Shown here: piece by piece, positions 24,790 through 36,300 of the stretch
How positions within the stretch are numbered: the first letter of the stretch is position 1
Layout of the letters: every line of letters starts with the position of its first letter
From: an uncultured Phycisphaerales bacterium
GTDB lineage: Bacteria; Planctomycetota; Phycisphaerae; Tepidisphaerales; Tepidisphaeraceae
Assembly (NCBI GenBank): GCA_963758525.1
Contig: CAVWVQ010000003.1
Coordinates: 4,448,001 to 4,512,000, forward strand
Direction: 5' to 3'
DNA length: 64,000 bases
Notes under the pieces: model-generated
What the model was told of the DNA's origin: nothing
Seen by the model: only the letters and a program-made list of their open reading frames with translations
Database searches by the model: none
Translations under genes and position numbers: made by a program

Positions 24790-25166
24790 CCTTCTGCAGC
24801 CGCCTTTGGCGGATTCACCCAGCCGCGGCCTCGCCGATCGCGGCACCATTTCGAACCTCTTCCGTCCAAACACCGTTGCTCAAACAACACAGGCCGAAGC
24901 CCGGCCCGCCCGTGCGCCCGCCGATCCGGCGGGATCGAGTTTCGACGCGGTTCGTCGCGAAGATCGAACCGGCGCACGCCACCCTTCGTGCAACCGGTCT
25001 TGTTCCATGGCGACGACGCCGCGGCAAACTTCCTCGACCGCAAGCCATCAACGGCGTCGCGGATGCCGCAGGAACCAACCGCCGAAGCGGTCAATTCGCC
25101 ACGATCATCCGCCGGCGTCCGTGCGGGCCGGGGTCTTCGAACCTGTTCAGTTACGCTTCGCAGCGT
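24790..25166 (-). ncRNA. Putative structured RNA between the tRNA-like element and slipin
   Basis: Several GC hairpins (e.g. accgc-ttcg-gcggt, ccgcc-aaa-ggcgg) and three GGTTCGA T-loop-like motifs; no convincing protein. Confidence 0.4.
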
Positions 25167-25238
25167 TGTTAGTGACGGGAGTCGAACCCGCTACCGCAAG
25201 GTTATGAGCCTTGTGCTCTTCCAATGAGCTACACTGGT
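25167..25238 (-). tRNA. tRNA-like gene, anticodon CAT (Met/Ile2 type), acceptor stem only 4 bp
   Basis: D arm GCTC/GAGC, anticodon arm CAAGG-CTCATAA-CCTTG, T arm GCGGG-TTCGACT-CCCGT; AGTG/CACT pairs but the outer three positions mismatch; no CCA. Confidence 0.8.
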
Positions 25239-25363
25239 GGTCTTCATTCATGGCGTTTCGATGCCGTTCGCGGAACGCGCGCAGGGAATCTCCCAGGCGG
25301 GCCGCCGGCCGCCCTCAAACGAAGTCGATCGATGCCCCGGCACACGCCGGCGCATCATGTATC

Positions 25364-25401
25364 AAAACAAAGAACCCCGGAGGGAAACGCCTCCGGGGTT
25401 C
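25364..25401 (-). terminator. Attenuator-type intrinsic terminator
   Basis: 12-bp stem gaaccccggagg/cctccggggttc followed by TTTGTTTT, about 25 nt after the leader ORF stop. Confidence 0.8.
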
Positions 25402-25425
25402 GGTGATTGCAGTATATGAATCAAC

Positions 25426-25536
25426 CTATCGCGGAGGACATCTCCCAATGATGTACAGTCCATTGGCGTATGGCATCACGCCGCCGGCTGCTGATCGGAG
25501 TTCCGATTCAAATTGTGATTTCGTCCACGCGTTCAC
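25426..25536 (-). CDS. Putative 36-aa leader peptide MNAWTKSQFESELRSAAGGVMPYANGLYIIGRCPPR
   Basis: GGAG RBS plus GTG start; lies between the promoter and the terminator; C-terminal RCPP. Confidence 0.6.
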   Translation of the reverse strand: MNAWTKSQFESELRSAAGGVMPYANGLYIIGRCPPR

Positions 25537-25562
25537 GAGTATCTCCAATAACTGAGGCGGGA

Positions 25563-25590
25563 AACATAACTCAGAAAATAAAGATGTCAA
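25563..25590 (-). promoter_or_regulatory. Sigma70-like promoter TTGACA-N16-TATGTT
   Basis: Perfect -35 box in an AT-rich patch about 27 nt upstream of the leader ORF. Confidence 0.55.
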
Positions 25591-25658
25591 TAAAAATCTG
25601 ATCATAATTTCTGTTTTTGATACGTGATGCACTTTGGTCCGATTGTCGTGGTGACAAC

Positions 25659-26624
25659 TCACGGTGTCACGTGCATACCGTCCCGGGCAAAACGCACCGG
25701 ACCGTCGAAATTGCGGCGGATCGACGCTAGAACGGCCACGTGCGCCTCGTCGATCGTTGGATTCAAATGCGTGAGCAACAACGCGCCGACATGTGCCCCC
25801 GCTGCAACTTCCCCTATTTTCTTCGGCGGCGTGTGCAAGGCATATAGAATTGCCGGTGAGCCCGGCGGATCCAGCACAACGGTATTGAAAACCAGCAGAT
25901 CGCAATGATCGGCGATGACGCGAAGATTTTCCAAACCGGTCGCATCGATGTCGCCGGAAAACACCACGCTACGGCCTTTATAGTCGACGCGATAAATGAC
26001 GGCCGGGGCGTCGAAATGATGGCCCGCGATCGCCTCGATCCGCAGTCCATTCTCTGCCAGCAATGTCTGCGGCCGAGCGCCCGGCTGCAGTCGGGCATCC
26101 ACATCCGTTGCAGCGATCGTCAGCGGCGCGGAGAAATCAGCAAGATACGCAAACGCGCCCTGCTTGCCGAAGAGCAAATCTATGAACCGTTTTGTCGATG
26201 GAAACTCAGCAGCGCCGCTGGGGCCGAACACCTGAAAATCGATTGGACCTCGGGTAGCGACTACGCGCGCCTTGAATATTCCCGGCAATTCGCTGGCATG
26301 ATCGATATGCAGATGCGTGAGCAGAACCAGGTCGAGGTGATCGAGCGAAACATTGGCTTCACCAAGCCGGGCGAACGCACCCGAGCCCGCGTCAATGAGA
26401 ATTCTCGGCGAGCCGTCGAGCGAAAGAACAAAGCAGGTCGACGCGCGACCGACGGCGCCAGGGCCGCCCGAACCCAAGACGATCAGATCGAGTATTGCTG
26501 GCCGCGATTCGGCCAAGGGCGTTCCTGAGCGTGCATTTGCGGGTGAGTGCTCGGCTGGCGCGCACCCGGTTCCGATCATGAGGCACAGCACCGCGATCCT
26601 TGTGCAAATCCGCGGGACTAACAT
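25659..26624 (-). CDS. MBL-fold metallo-hydrolase (RNase Z/arylsulfatase-like), probably exported
   Basis: VLGSGGP, LIDAGSG, THLHIDH, FSGD, HTPP, LTHL; lipoprotein-like N-terminus. Confidence 0.85.
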   Translation of the reverse strand: MLVPRICTRIAVLCLMIGTGCAPAEHSPANARSGTPLAESRPAILDLIVLGSGGPGAVGRASTCFVLSLDGSPRILIDAGSGAFARLGEANVSLDHLDLVLLTHLHIDHASELPGIFKARVVATRGPIDFQVFGPSGAAEFPSTKRFIDLLFGKQGAFAYLADFSAPLTIAATDVDARLQPGARPQTLLAENGLRIEAIAGHHFDAPAVIYRVDYKGRSVVFSGDIDATGLENLRVIADHCDLLVFNTVVLDPPGSPAILYALHTPPKKIGEVAAGAHVGALLLTHLNPTIDEAHVAVLASIRRNFDGPVRFARDGMHVTP

Positions 26625-26649
26625 CGATTCGCTTCCTCCGGGCCTGGTC

Positions 26650-26831
26650 CTGACGATGAGAGAACGGCGACTTCAACATCCTCCCGCGCCGAGCGGGCCG
26701 AGATCCACCGTTTCGAGCACCATCTGCTGCTTTGCCGCCTTGGCAACCCGCGCCTTATAGTTTGCGGGCTTTCCCGGCTGCTGCTTCGTTGCGCCCGCTT
26801 TCTCGCCGCGTGTCTGGGTAAGTGTTGACAT
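26650..26831 (-). pseudogene. Truncated N-terminus of a Zn-dependent alcohol dehydrogenase (Ahr-like)
   Basis: YKARVAKAAKQQMVLETVDLGPLGA then EDVEVAV in another frame; no CHSD motif or remainder follows. Confidence 0.5.
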
Positions 26832-26945
26832 GGTTGTTCCTTTGGAGGGTGGAAATATTCGCATCAACCAATCGGCTCGCGCGATTCGGGTTTCGAACAA
26901 AGCCTCGTGGTCCAACCAGAATTTGCGGTTCGTTCAATCTGCGGC

Positions 26946-27001
26946 AGGGCGGGATTCATCCCGCCGCGGTTTGAGAGACGGCGGGATCAATCCCGCCCTA
27001 C
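26946..27001. repeat. REP-like palindrome family B (agggcgggattcatcccgcc...ggcgggat.aatcccgcccta)
   Basis: Related copies at 36669-36770, 44266-44368 and 57711-57776. Confidence 0.8.
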
Positions 27002-27027
27002 ATCAGCAGCTTCGAGCGGAAGACCCG

Positions 27028-27396
27028 CTAGTGCGCGCCATCATAGAAGAACTGCTCGCGGCTGATCTTGTCCTCCTGATTGACTGTGTATACGCCCACT
27101 TCTTCGAGCGTGATGCGCTTGCCGGTGGCTTTGGGGGTAATGTCGAGAGTGAAGTAGACGACAAACTGATCCGGGTTCGCGCCGTTGAAGAACGGGCCGG
27201 CCACGGTTTCGCCATTGAACGCCTTGTCAGAAACCCAGTCCTCGGATTTTTTGATCACCGGCCCCTGTCCGGCCGTCTCCTTGCCATCCCCTTCGACGGA
27301 GACGATGTTCGGCGCGTACATCGTGCGCATCACGTCGAAATTCTTGCCTGCTCTGCACAATTCCACAAACTTCCTGCCAACACTTTGAACGCTCAT
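27028..27396 (-). CDS. SnoaL/NTF2-like small protein
   Basis: FVELCRAGK..MYAPNIVSVE, LEEVGVYTV..KISREQFFY. Confidence 0.8.
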   Translation of the reverse strand: MSVQSVGRKFVELCRAGKNFDVMRTMYAPNIVSVEGDGKETAGQGPVIKKSEDWVSDKAFNGETVAGPFFNGANPDQFVVYFTLDITPKATGKRITLEEVGVYTVNQEDKISREQFFYDGAH

Positions 27397-27496
27397 GATA
27401 TTGCTCTCCTTCGATAGTTCGATCCCGTTCGATCCTCACAGCGAACTGAACCATTGAACCATCCGACTCGCTCAACGACAGCGCGGAAACTCATAT

Positions 27497-29857
27497 TTAT
27501 TTCAGGTTAAATTCAATTTGTTTTGCGCGATTGATAGACATGTGCAGTGTTGCGTCGCGAAGTTCCGGCCGGGAGACGAGGAATTTTGCCAGAGGGGTCA
27601 CGACGAGCGTTTCGATGGCGCGCTGCAGCGGGCGAGCGCCGTAGCGGTGATCGTAGCCGGCGATACACAGCTTTTTGCAGACGTCGTCGGTCCAGCTCAA
27701 GCGGATGTTGCTGGCTCGCAGCCCTTCGCGCTGGCCGAGCTTTTTCAGCTCTGCTTCGGTGATCCCGCGGATGGTCGACTCGCTGAGCGGAGCGAACGTG
27801 ACGACGGCGTCGATGCGGTTGAAAAATTCCGGGCGGAAAAAGCTCATCGCCTCGCTGTCGTAGTCGCTGGCCGGCGCGGTTGAAAGTCCGAACGACTCCA
27901 TGCGGTCGGCGCCGAGATTCGACGTCATGATCATCAGCGCGCTGCGGAAGGTCGTGAGCCGCCCGAAACGGTCAGTGAGGCGTCCTTCGTCAAAGACGCC
28001 CAACAAGAGATCAAACACTGCGGGGGCGGCTTTTTCGATTTCATCCAGCAGCACCACCGTGAAGGGTTGCTCGCGGAGGCGTTTGATCAGTTCCGACGGC
28101 TCGCCACCGGGCGGGCCGATCAATCGTTCGGCCGCCCCCGGGCCGGCGAATTCGCTCATGTCGAGCCGGAGCATGCGCTCGCTTTTCTTGCCCATCGCCC
28201 CGAGCTGATCCTCACCTTGCCCGAAGAGAAAATCGGCGATCGTGCGTGCCAGCTCAGTTTTGCCGACGCCGGTTGGACCGCAGAACAGCAGCACGCCAAG
28301 CGGACGCCGCGGGTCGTTCAAGCCGGCCTTGAACGTGGTGATGACCCCCGCGGCGGCGGCGTACGCGGTCTCCTGTCCCATCACTTTCGCACGAAGCGCC
28401 GCCACAACGTCTTCAACTTTCAGCGGCAGTTCGTCGCGCAGAAAAAGCTCGGGCAGGCCGGTGAGCTTGATGAAGCGATTGATCACACTTTGGGAAGTTA
28501 CGATTCCTTTTGTGCCATCAGTTGCATGATGTTCGATGTCGGCGCGGTCCTTTGTGCTGCGGGCGGCAGTCGCGGCGCGTGACGTGCGGTCGAACAAATC
28601 GCGCAAAAACCCCGCGGCGCAGCCGGGGAAACTCTGGTACGGCATGAACCGCGCGAAGAGGCGATAGATCTGGGGAATGGCATCGCGCGCGTAATCGATC
28701 TTGAGATTTTGCTTCGCGACTGCGGCGAGTTGATCGAGGGCGGCAATCGCCTGCGAGGCATTGAACGGGGGGATTTCCACGATGGAGAAGCTTGCCGCGA
28801 AGCTCGGGAGCAATCGCCGGCAGGCGTCGAGCTCGGCGATGGTGGCTTCCCCGACGACCCGCATCTCGCCGCGCTGCAGGTATGGGACCAGGAACGCGGC
28901 GACGCTGTCGCTGGGCGAAGAGCCGCCGGTGCGAACAAGCTCCAGCAGGTTATCGACGCAGAGAATACCTTCTATATCGGAGAGCTTCTCGATGACCTCT
29001 TCGATGCGCTCCTGCCATTGTCCCAGATATTTCATCCCCGCGATGAGCCTGGCCGCGCTGCTCAACCAGAATCGGCTGCGCACGTGCGCGGTGTTTGCGG
29101 CATCGGGATCATCCGATTCCAACCCGTCGCGCTCCAATTTGCGCGCCGCTTCGGCCAACACCGTCGTTCTGCCAGACCCGTTTTCCCCCAGCAGCAGCAC
29201 GCTGGATCGCGAGCGGCCGAGAATGTCGACGAGCCTTGCCACTTGCGCATTGCGCTGCCACGGCCGCGAAAGACGCCGCCGCGTGCCGCGACTGCCCAAC
29301 GGTTCGGCAATGAGCGGCAGCGGATCGAGATCGGGCGGAACCTCGCGCTCCGATGCTCCCGACGGAATATGCACCGTGGCATCGTCCAAGTGCACGTCTG
29401 CCGGCGGCAAATAGCGCGACAACTCGCGCGGACTTTTTCCCTTCATCGCAGCCTGTATGTAGTGCGGCGCCAGGCCCTGCAGATCGGCCTCATCGTCGTA
29501 GGTAAATCGCACGCCGATGGTGGGCATTGAGCAGAGATACAACTGCGAGCGATCTCGTCCCAGCACCGACGGAACCCGCAGCGTGATCGTCTGCTTCAGC
29601 GAAAAGACTCGATCCTCCGTCTTATATTCCGGGCGAACGTCTGCCATCAGCCAGACAAGCTTTGGCTCGTTGAAATTGGGGCGGGAGAGCGCCTGGCCTC
29701 GTTTCATCCGCCATTGCAGAAGCTCCTTGATCTGCCCTGCGACATCGGCGCCGGTAATGCCGACGGTGGCAATGTCGTTAGGATCTTCCACCAGGCAGCC
29801 GGTGCAGCCACCGCCGGAATGCTGCCAGATGAGAATGGGATATCGGTAAGTCGGCAT
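27497..29857 (-). CDS. Atypical ClpA/B-like double AAA+ protein C (degenerate D1, intact D2)
   Basis: GENGSGRT / CVDNL; GPTGVGKT / LLDEIEK; MTSNLG, FFRPEFFNRID, YGARPLQRAIE. Confidence 0.88.
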   Translation of the reverse strand: MPTYRYPILIWQHSGGGCTGCLVEDPNDIATVGITGADVAGQIKELLQWRMKRGQALSRPNFNEPKLVWLMADVRPEYKTEDRVFSLKQTITLRVPSVLGRDRSQLYLCSMPTIGVRFTYDDEADLQGLAPHYIQAAMKGKSPRELSRYLPPADVHLDDATVHIPSGASEREVPPDLDPLPLIAEPLGSRGTRRRLSRPWQRNAQVARLVDILGRSRSSVLLLGENGSGRTTVLAEAARKLERDGLESDDPDAANTAHVRSRFWLSSAARLIAGMKYLGQWQERIEEVIEKLSDIEGILCVDNLLELVRTGGSSPSDSVAAFLVPYLQRGEMRVVGEATIAELDACRRLLPSFAASFSIVEIPPFNASQAIAALDQLAAVAKQNLKIDYARDAIPQIYRLFARFMPYQSFPGCAAGFLRDLFDRTSRAATAARSTKDRADIEHHATDGTKGIVTSQSVINRFIKLTGLPELFLRDELPLKVEDVVAALRAKVMGQETAYAAAAGVITTFKAGLNDPRRPLGVLLFCGPTGVGKTELARTIADFLFGQGEDQLGAMGKKSERMLRLDMSEFAGPGAAERLIGPPGGEPSELIKRLREQPFTVVLLDEIEKAAPAVFDLLLGVFDEGRLTDRFGRLTTFRSALMIMTSNLGADRMESFGLSTAPASDYDSEAMSFFRPEFFNRIDAVVTFAPLSESTIRGITEAELKKLGQREGLRASNIRLSWTDDVCKKLCIAGYDHRYGARPLQRAIETLVVTPLAKFLVSRPELRDATLHMSINRAKQIEFNLK

Positions 29858-29860
29858 TGG

Positions 29861-32800
29861 CTACTGCTTCGGGCTTGCGGAAAAGTCCTGCGGTATCGGA
29901 AGCTGCGCGAATATGAGTTTGCGAAGTTCGACGGCGCGTGGCAAACCGCGCATCGACATGCCGGTGCGAAGATCGACGGTGACGTTCGCAGGGTCGTAGG
30001 TTCGCACGATCGGGTTGAGCGGAAATGGATTGGGTGTGTCCGCGTCGCGTTGGATCGATGCGCGCCAGGCGAGATCGCGAGCGCGAAGTTCTCGCAGGAC
30101 GGCGTGGGCATCGGCATGGCCAAGGGGTATCACAGTCACCTGAACGACGATCACCTGCTGGCGTTCGCCGATAAACAGATGCGTGCCTTGTTCGCTGGCC
30201 ATCACGATGGCAATGCCGGGCATTTCCATGACGATCGCGTGTTCGCGACAAGCGGCAGGATCCGGCGCGTGAATCTCGCCCGTGATCCTTGCTGCGGGCG
30301 TCTGCTTGGCGGAAGTTGTCTGCGTGGAGCGTTTCGATTTGGATGCTTTCGTTGCGGTCTTGTTGGGCGTGCCATCATGGGCGGATGAATGCGAAGCAAG
30401 ATCGGACGCCACGAATCCGTATCCCGGGAGGAACAACTGGTGATAAATTCCGGCAAGCGCTTTGAACTGCTCGGCGGCGCTGGGGTTGGGGGTGCGCATC
30501 CAGACAAGGCAGCGGTCTGATGCGGGATCGCTCGTGGCGATCACTTCAAGCAGGGACACCTCGTGGATGAGTTCGGCCAGTCGATCTTCCAAGATGTGTT
30601 CGTCGGCGCTTTGCGGGTCGCCGAAGGTGTGCCCATCGGGCTCGAGCGCATGAAGCTGCGCTTCGGTATCCGCTGAGGCGCGAAGGCCGGCGCGGTTATC
30701 TCCGTCGGAGAGGGCGCGCAATTTCTTGCCCGAGCGTGGGGCGCGAATTGGGGGGCGAAAGGCGATGGTCTTTTTTGGCGCAGCGGCGAGTCGATCGATG
30801 CTGGCAATGAACCTGCGGATGTGGTCCGCGTATTCGCGCGCTGCCAGGTAGCGAAACTGCGCGGAGGATACTTCCCCCTGTTTCAGCGCAGGCAGGCTTT
30901 GTGAAGCGGCTGCGTTTTGTTCGAAGCGATGGATCGCCAGCTCCGCCCGGTCCAGTACGTCTGCCCAGTCGGTCAGATCAATCGTCACCGGCTTCAGCGA
31001 GCGTCGCTGGGCGTTTACCAGCGTCTCAACGCGCACCGCAATTCCCGAGTGTGCGGGATAGAGGTGAATCACGGCCGGAGCATCGGGCGCAGCCCCGGCA
31101 AGGTGAGCGGCGACGGGGCCGGTCAGTTGCCGCTCGATTGCGCGTTTCAGCGCCCTGCGCCGAGTTGCGGGTGATACCCCTCATCAACGACCTTCTCCAG
31201 CGCCGCGGGATCGACTGACATCACGCTACGGCGATGCGCCAGCCCATCACGACGCAGGATGTCGCCGATCAACCGCTCGGCGATTTCCCCGATCTGCCGG
31301 CGCGTAAGCCGCTCGAACGGAACGATACGGTCGATGCGGTTGACGAATTCGGGGCGAAAGAAATTCTCCGCGGCGCCGATATACGACTGGCGGTCGGACT
31401 GCCCGGCAGGACGAAGACCGAAGTGGGCGCCGGCCTGGCGCGCACCGAGGTTAGACGTCATAATGATGATCGCATTGCCAAAATCCGCGGTACGGCCCAG
31501 CGCATCGGTCAGGCGGCCTTCGCCGAGCACCTGCAACAGCAGGTCAAACACCGCCGGGTGCGCCTTGTCAATCTCATCGAGCAGCACCACTGAAAACGGC
31601 TGGCGGCGAACCGCGGCAGTCAATAAACCGTCGGGGTCAGACGATGTCCCGTTCAATCGCGCGGCGGCGTAACCGTCAGGAAACTCGTTCATGTCGAAAC
31701 GCAGCAGGCGCGTTTCATCGCCGAAGAGATATTCAGCCAGCGCCTTGCGCACTGAGTTTTGCCCACGCCCGTTGGGCCCAAAAACAGAAACGCCGCCAAC
31801 GGCCGGCCCGGATCGTTCAAGCGCGCTTTGGCGATGACGACGGCATCAGCGATCGCGTCCAGCGCCTCGGTTTGTCCGGTAACGTGCGCCGAAAGCGCCG
31901 TGATGACTTCTTCCCGGGGCAGGCGATTGCGATCGTCGAGAAACTGCAGCGACAGCCCGCTGCGGCTTCGGATTTCACTGAGCACCTCCTGGCGGCCGAT
32001 TGGCTTGCCTTCGAATTTCGCGGCCAGCTGGCGATAGAAATGCGCCGATTTTCCCGGCTGCGCCGATTCCCGCAGATATCGGTTGGCCAGATCCACGACC
32101 AGGGGCAATACCTCGAGATTGAACCGGCACCGATGCTTTCCTTCCAATTGTCGGCGGACGCTGAAGAGAATCTGCCGGGTTTGGGATTCGGCGGCGGGAC
32201 GAATTGGGAGGATATGAAAGAGATCGGCAAACCCGCGATCCCGCTCCCGCAGCGCGCGGAGGGCTGCGGGGGTGATTTCCGCCAGCAGGCGAAAGTCCTG
32301 TCGCTCGATGTACGGCTTGATCACATGTGCCACCGTGAGGTCCGAATCGCGCGAAAGCCCGGCATAATACAGGCCAAGCAGATCGTCGAAGTAGAGAATG
32401 TGATCCTGCTTGATCGATTCCTCCACGATCGCAGTGACGCGGTTCTCCCATTGTCCGACATACATCATCCCCGCGATGAGCCGTTGAGGCGCCAACAACC
32501 AGAAATTGTTGCGGGAGGTATGCGGAGTCTTCCTTTTGTTCACCCGGTGATAAACGCACTCGTGGATGACAGAGGTCTTTCCCACCTGGGGCTCGCCCAC
32601 CAGGAGCACCGGACGCCGCTGCTTTCCGGAAAGCACCTTTTGCAACTCCTCCACCTCGGCGTTGCGCAGAACCGGGCGATCGAGTTCGTCGGGATAAAGC
32701 CAATCGAGGCACCGGCCCACTTTCTGCAACTCCGCCCGCCCGGTCATCCGCCTGGCGGACCCGAGCATCGCCATGAGGTCATTTTCCTCTTTTTCCAACT

Positions 32801-33319
32801 CCGGCTCGACGGAGATGGAGAGATCAACCGGCGTGACCCATTGCCGATGGCTGGAAGTGAATTCCGCCGGAACCTGAAACTTGCCGGATTCTTTTTGCAT
32901 CGCGGTGAAATGATCGACCAGGATATCGCGGGCGCGATCCAGCACGCGCTGCCCGCGGGTGATGTCGAACCATCTGCCGGGCAGTGCAGGGATCATTGCG
33001 ATGCGCCGGCCGAGCGCCTGGAAGGAGATCACCAGCACCCGGCAATCGGCCGTTCCGCGGTCGAGCAGCACTCGCGTCTTGAGGTGGTCTTCATCGATCT
33101 CCGGGCAAAACATCCAGCGGAGCAATTGGTCGTGGCGCGGATGCCTGGCGAGATTATCCAGAAGCTTCCGCAATTCGCGGGTGAGCTTTGCAGTCGCCCG
33201 GCTCAGTTGCTCATCCTGGGCATGGGGATTCGCGCAAAAAGCGGGCGCACGGTAAAGAGCGGCCCGGCAGTGTTTGGCCGACGAACTTCACTGACCAGCA
33301 GCGGTACTGTGATGTTCAT
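29861..33319 (-). CDS. Atypical ClpA/B-like AAA+ protein B with C-terminal release-factor-like domain; frameshifts near 33238, 31750 and 31155
   Basis: MNITVPLL start; GEPQVGKT / YFDDL; GPTGVGKT / LLDEIDK; GYHPQLGA; C-terminal SEQGTHLF and IVRTYD..VDLRTG. Confidence 0.8.
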
Positions 33320-33347
33320 TGATCCATCACCATCATGGGTTGCGCAG

Positions 33348-36300
33348 TCACGACTCCATTACCGCCCAGGCAGCCTGGCGAAGCTGTCTCTCGACGGCAT
33401 CCTCCAACACCGCTGTGAAATCGCGGGTAAAGCGGAGCTCGGCCTGCAATAATTCATCCTTCACGATCCCGGCGTCGCAAGAATAGGTACGCCGGGCATG
33501 ACTTGCCGGTATATCAGTCGGCCAGTCCTCCCTCGCCATGGGAATATATTTGCTGAGCGACTCCGCCTCGCTTTCGACGATGCAATGGACGGTGCTGGTG
33601 TTCCCCCGAAAAATGTGAATTCCCCGCTCCGCGGCAAAACGAAGCCGGGCATGCATTCCGGCGATGGAAAGCCCGATGCCGATTGCGGACGGCTCCGGCG
33701 CTGCAAGATATTTGGCGATCTCCTTGATCGGACTCCGGCGAAAACCCTCTTTTCCGCGGGATTCGTACCAGCAGGCATCGACCGCATAGGAATGCGTCGC
33801 GGCGATGCCGCAATAGACCGCTGCCAGCTCGTGAACGCGGGCGCGGTCACCGAGAATGCCGATGACGACATTGTGCGGCCTGGCAGTTTGCATCGCCAGC
33901 AGCGACAGCAGCAACGCTTCGAAGCGAACCCGCAACCGGTTGATCTCTTCGCGCTGACCAGAGAGCCCGGCGGGATTGGATTGGTAGAATGCCGACAGGC
34001 AGGCATTTTCGATCAGATCGATCGATTGGGAGAGGTGCTCCAGCGCGTCTGTAATCTGGCGAAGCAACTTCATGCGCCCAGCGCGGGCCTCATTGAAGAT
34101 CGGTTTTTCTTTGGATTTGCGCCGGGCTTGCTGGCGAGCCTCTTCCTGTTCGAGGCGGAAGAGCTGATTGACGACTGTCAGCACCGCGGCGCAGCGCTGG
34201 CATTTCTGCACGTCGCGGCGGACCTGTGCGCAATCATCCGCCATGGTTCCGATGATCGCCGGCGGTGCCGTGGCGCCGCTATGCGCTGCGCTCGCACGGT
34301 GATTCGGATCGCGCCGTTTTCGGCGGTGGCGTCGGCTTCCAGCGGGAGATCGGGCGAATATGCATTGACGGCATCGGCGAGCGGCGCGAGAAGCTCGCGC
34401 TCGACGGCGCGCTTCAGCGGTCGGGCGCCGTAGCGGATGTCATATCCGCTTTTGGCCAGATGGGTCAGCACTTCAGCAGATAATCGCAAGGTCATCCCGC
34501 GAAGCTTGACGCCGTCCCGCTGCGCAACGAGTTCGATTTCCCGCCTGGCGATCTGCTCGATGACATCCCGCTCCAACGGCAGGAAGGGGACGATGCGATC
34601 GATGCGGTTGAAAAGTTCGGGTCGGACGAAATCACGGACTTCATCGGTGAAATGGCGTTCGGCGTCAGGCTGGCCCGTCGGGCCGGATGGGCCGGTGGTT
34701 CGATTGAGACCGAAGTTCCCGCGGCCAAAGGATGCCGTTCCAAGGTTGGAGGTCATGATGACGATGGTGTTCGAGAAATCAGCCAGCCGGCCGGCGGCAT
34801 CGGTCAGTCGCCCCTCGCCGAGCACCTGCAGCAGCAGATCGAGGAATGCCGGGTGAACTTTTTCAAATTCATCGAACAGGATGACGGAAAACGGCTGCTC
34901 GCGCACTTTGGCGGTGAGCAGGCCTTCGTTGCCATGTGAAGTCCCGATCAGCCGTTCGACGGCGGCGGGCCCGGCGAACTCGCTCATGTCGAAGCGGGTG
35001 AGGCGCGCGCGGTCGCTGAAGAAATATTCGGCCAATGCCTTGGCCATTTCGGTTTTGCCAACGCCGGTTGGCCCGATGAACAGCAGTGATGCGATCGGCC
35101 GATTCGGGCGCGTGAGAGAAGCTTTAACGGTTGCCAGCAGATCCACCACAAGTTCGATTGCGCAACTGGCCGATCAGTCGGGCGGCGAACCAGTCGTGCG
35201 CTGCGCACAGATCAAGCGGCACGCGCGGATCGAGCATGAATCGCGGCAAACCGGTTTCTCTGGCGAACGCATCAATGACATCAGCCGGCGTCAGCGCGCG
35301 ATCGGCGGGAACGTCCTTGAGGAGATTGAGCAGGAACCGCGCCGGCCGCCCGGGGTACGCGGAATACGTGGCAAAGCGCCGATGCAGGCGGTCGAGGGCG
35401 GGCAGCCAATCGTCCTCAATCGTCACCGGGCGCTGCTCCCCTTCGGCGATGCTGCGGAGGATCCTGCGGCCGGTGGGAATATCGGGTTCTTCGACGCGTA
35501 ATTGACGGAACAGCTCCAGCAAATAGGGATCGAGACGCTCGATGAAAGGCAATTGCTCAGGCGTGCATTCGGCAATCACGAGGACTTCGCCACGGCCGAT
35601 ATATTGCCGGAGAAATCCCGCGATTCCGCCGCCGCCACCAACTCGACCCACCTGCATGAGTTCGATGAGATTGCCGACGTGGAGGATGGCGTTTTCGCGG
35701 GCCGCTTCTTTGCACAAACGTTGCGTGCGCTGCTCCCACATGCCGTAACCGCTCATTCCGGCGATCAGGCGCGCCCCGCTGGTAGACCAGACCGGCGATC
35801 CTGCCCGCAACGATTTCCACCGGCGGACGAGTTGCTCGACGATGGCCGTCTTTCCGCAGCCGGACGGGCCGATCAGCAGCACGCTGCGCGGCCCGGTAGC
35901 GCCCAGCGCGTCTGCCAGATCATCCACAATGCCATCCACTTCGTAGGCCGGGCGCAGCGGTTTTTCGCCGAGCACAAGCCCGACCTGCTCGATCACGAGT
36001 TTGCCCTTGGATTGGCCGTCGCTCTGGTCGTCCTGCTCCCGCTGGCGCGCGGTCTTCAGTTGCACGGGAAAACTGAGCGGAATGACCTCGGTCTTGCTCG
36101 TGCGCTGCGATAAAGCAAGTTCAAAGAGCGATTCGACGATTTTTAAACGCTTGATTGCCGCGAGGATCTGATCCTTCAGCAGGGCGGACATTTCGGGTTC
36201 GCGCCGGCAAATCACTTCGATGCCAAGAACCGGGACGTACGCGAGAAATCCCTCGCTTGCGTGTCGCCAGCGAACGATATCGAAGCGCAGCGCAATCGGA

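Noticed and set aside
24771..25094. 108-aa N-terminal extension of slipin in the ORF track
   Set aside because: Arg/Gly-rich non-protein-like sequence; a good RBS and GTG lie at 24770
25167..25238. tRNA as a canonical functional tRNA-Met or a prophage att site
   Set aside because: Acceptor stem has only 4 bp; no integrase and no duplicated 3' end found in the window
25659..26624. MBL hydrolase as the RNase Z processing the adjacent tRNA-like RNA
   Set aside because: It has an export/lipoprotein-like N-terminus, and a separate promoter lies between it and the RNA unit
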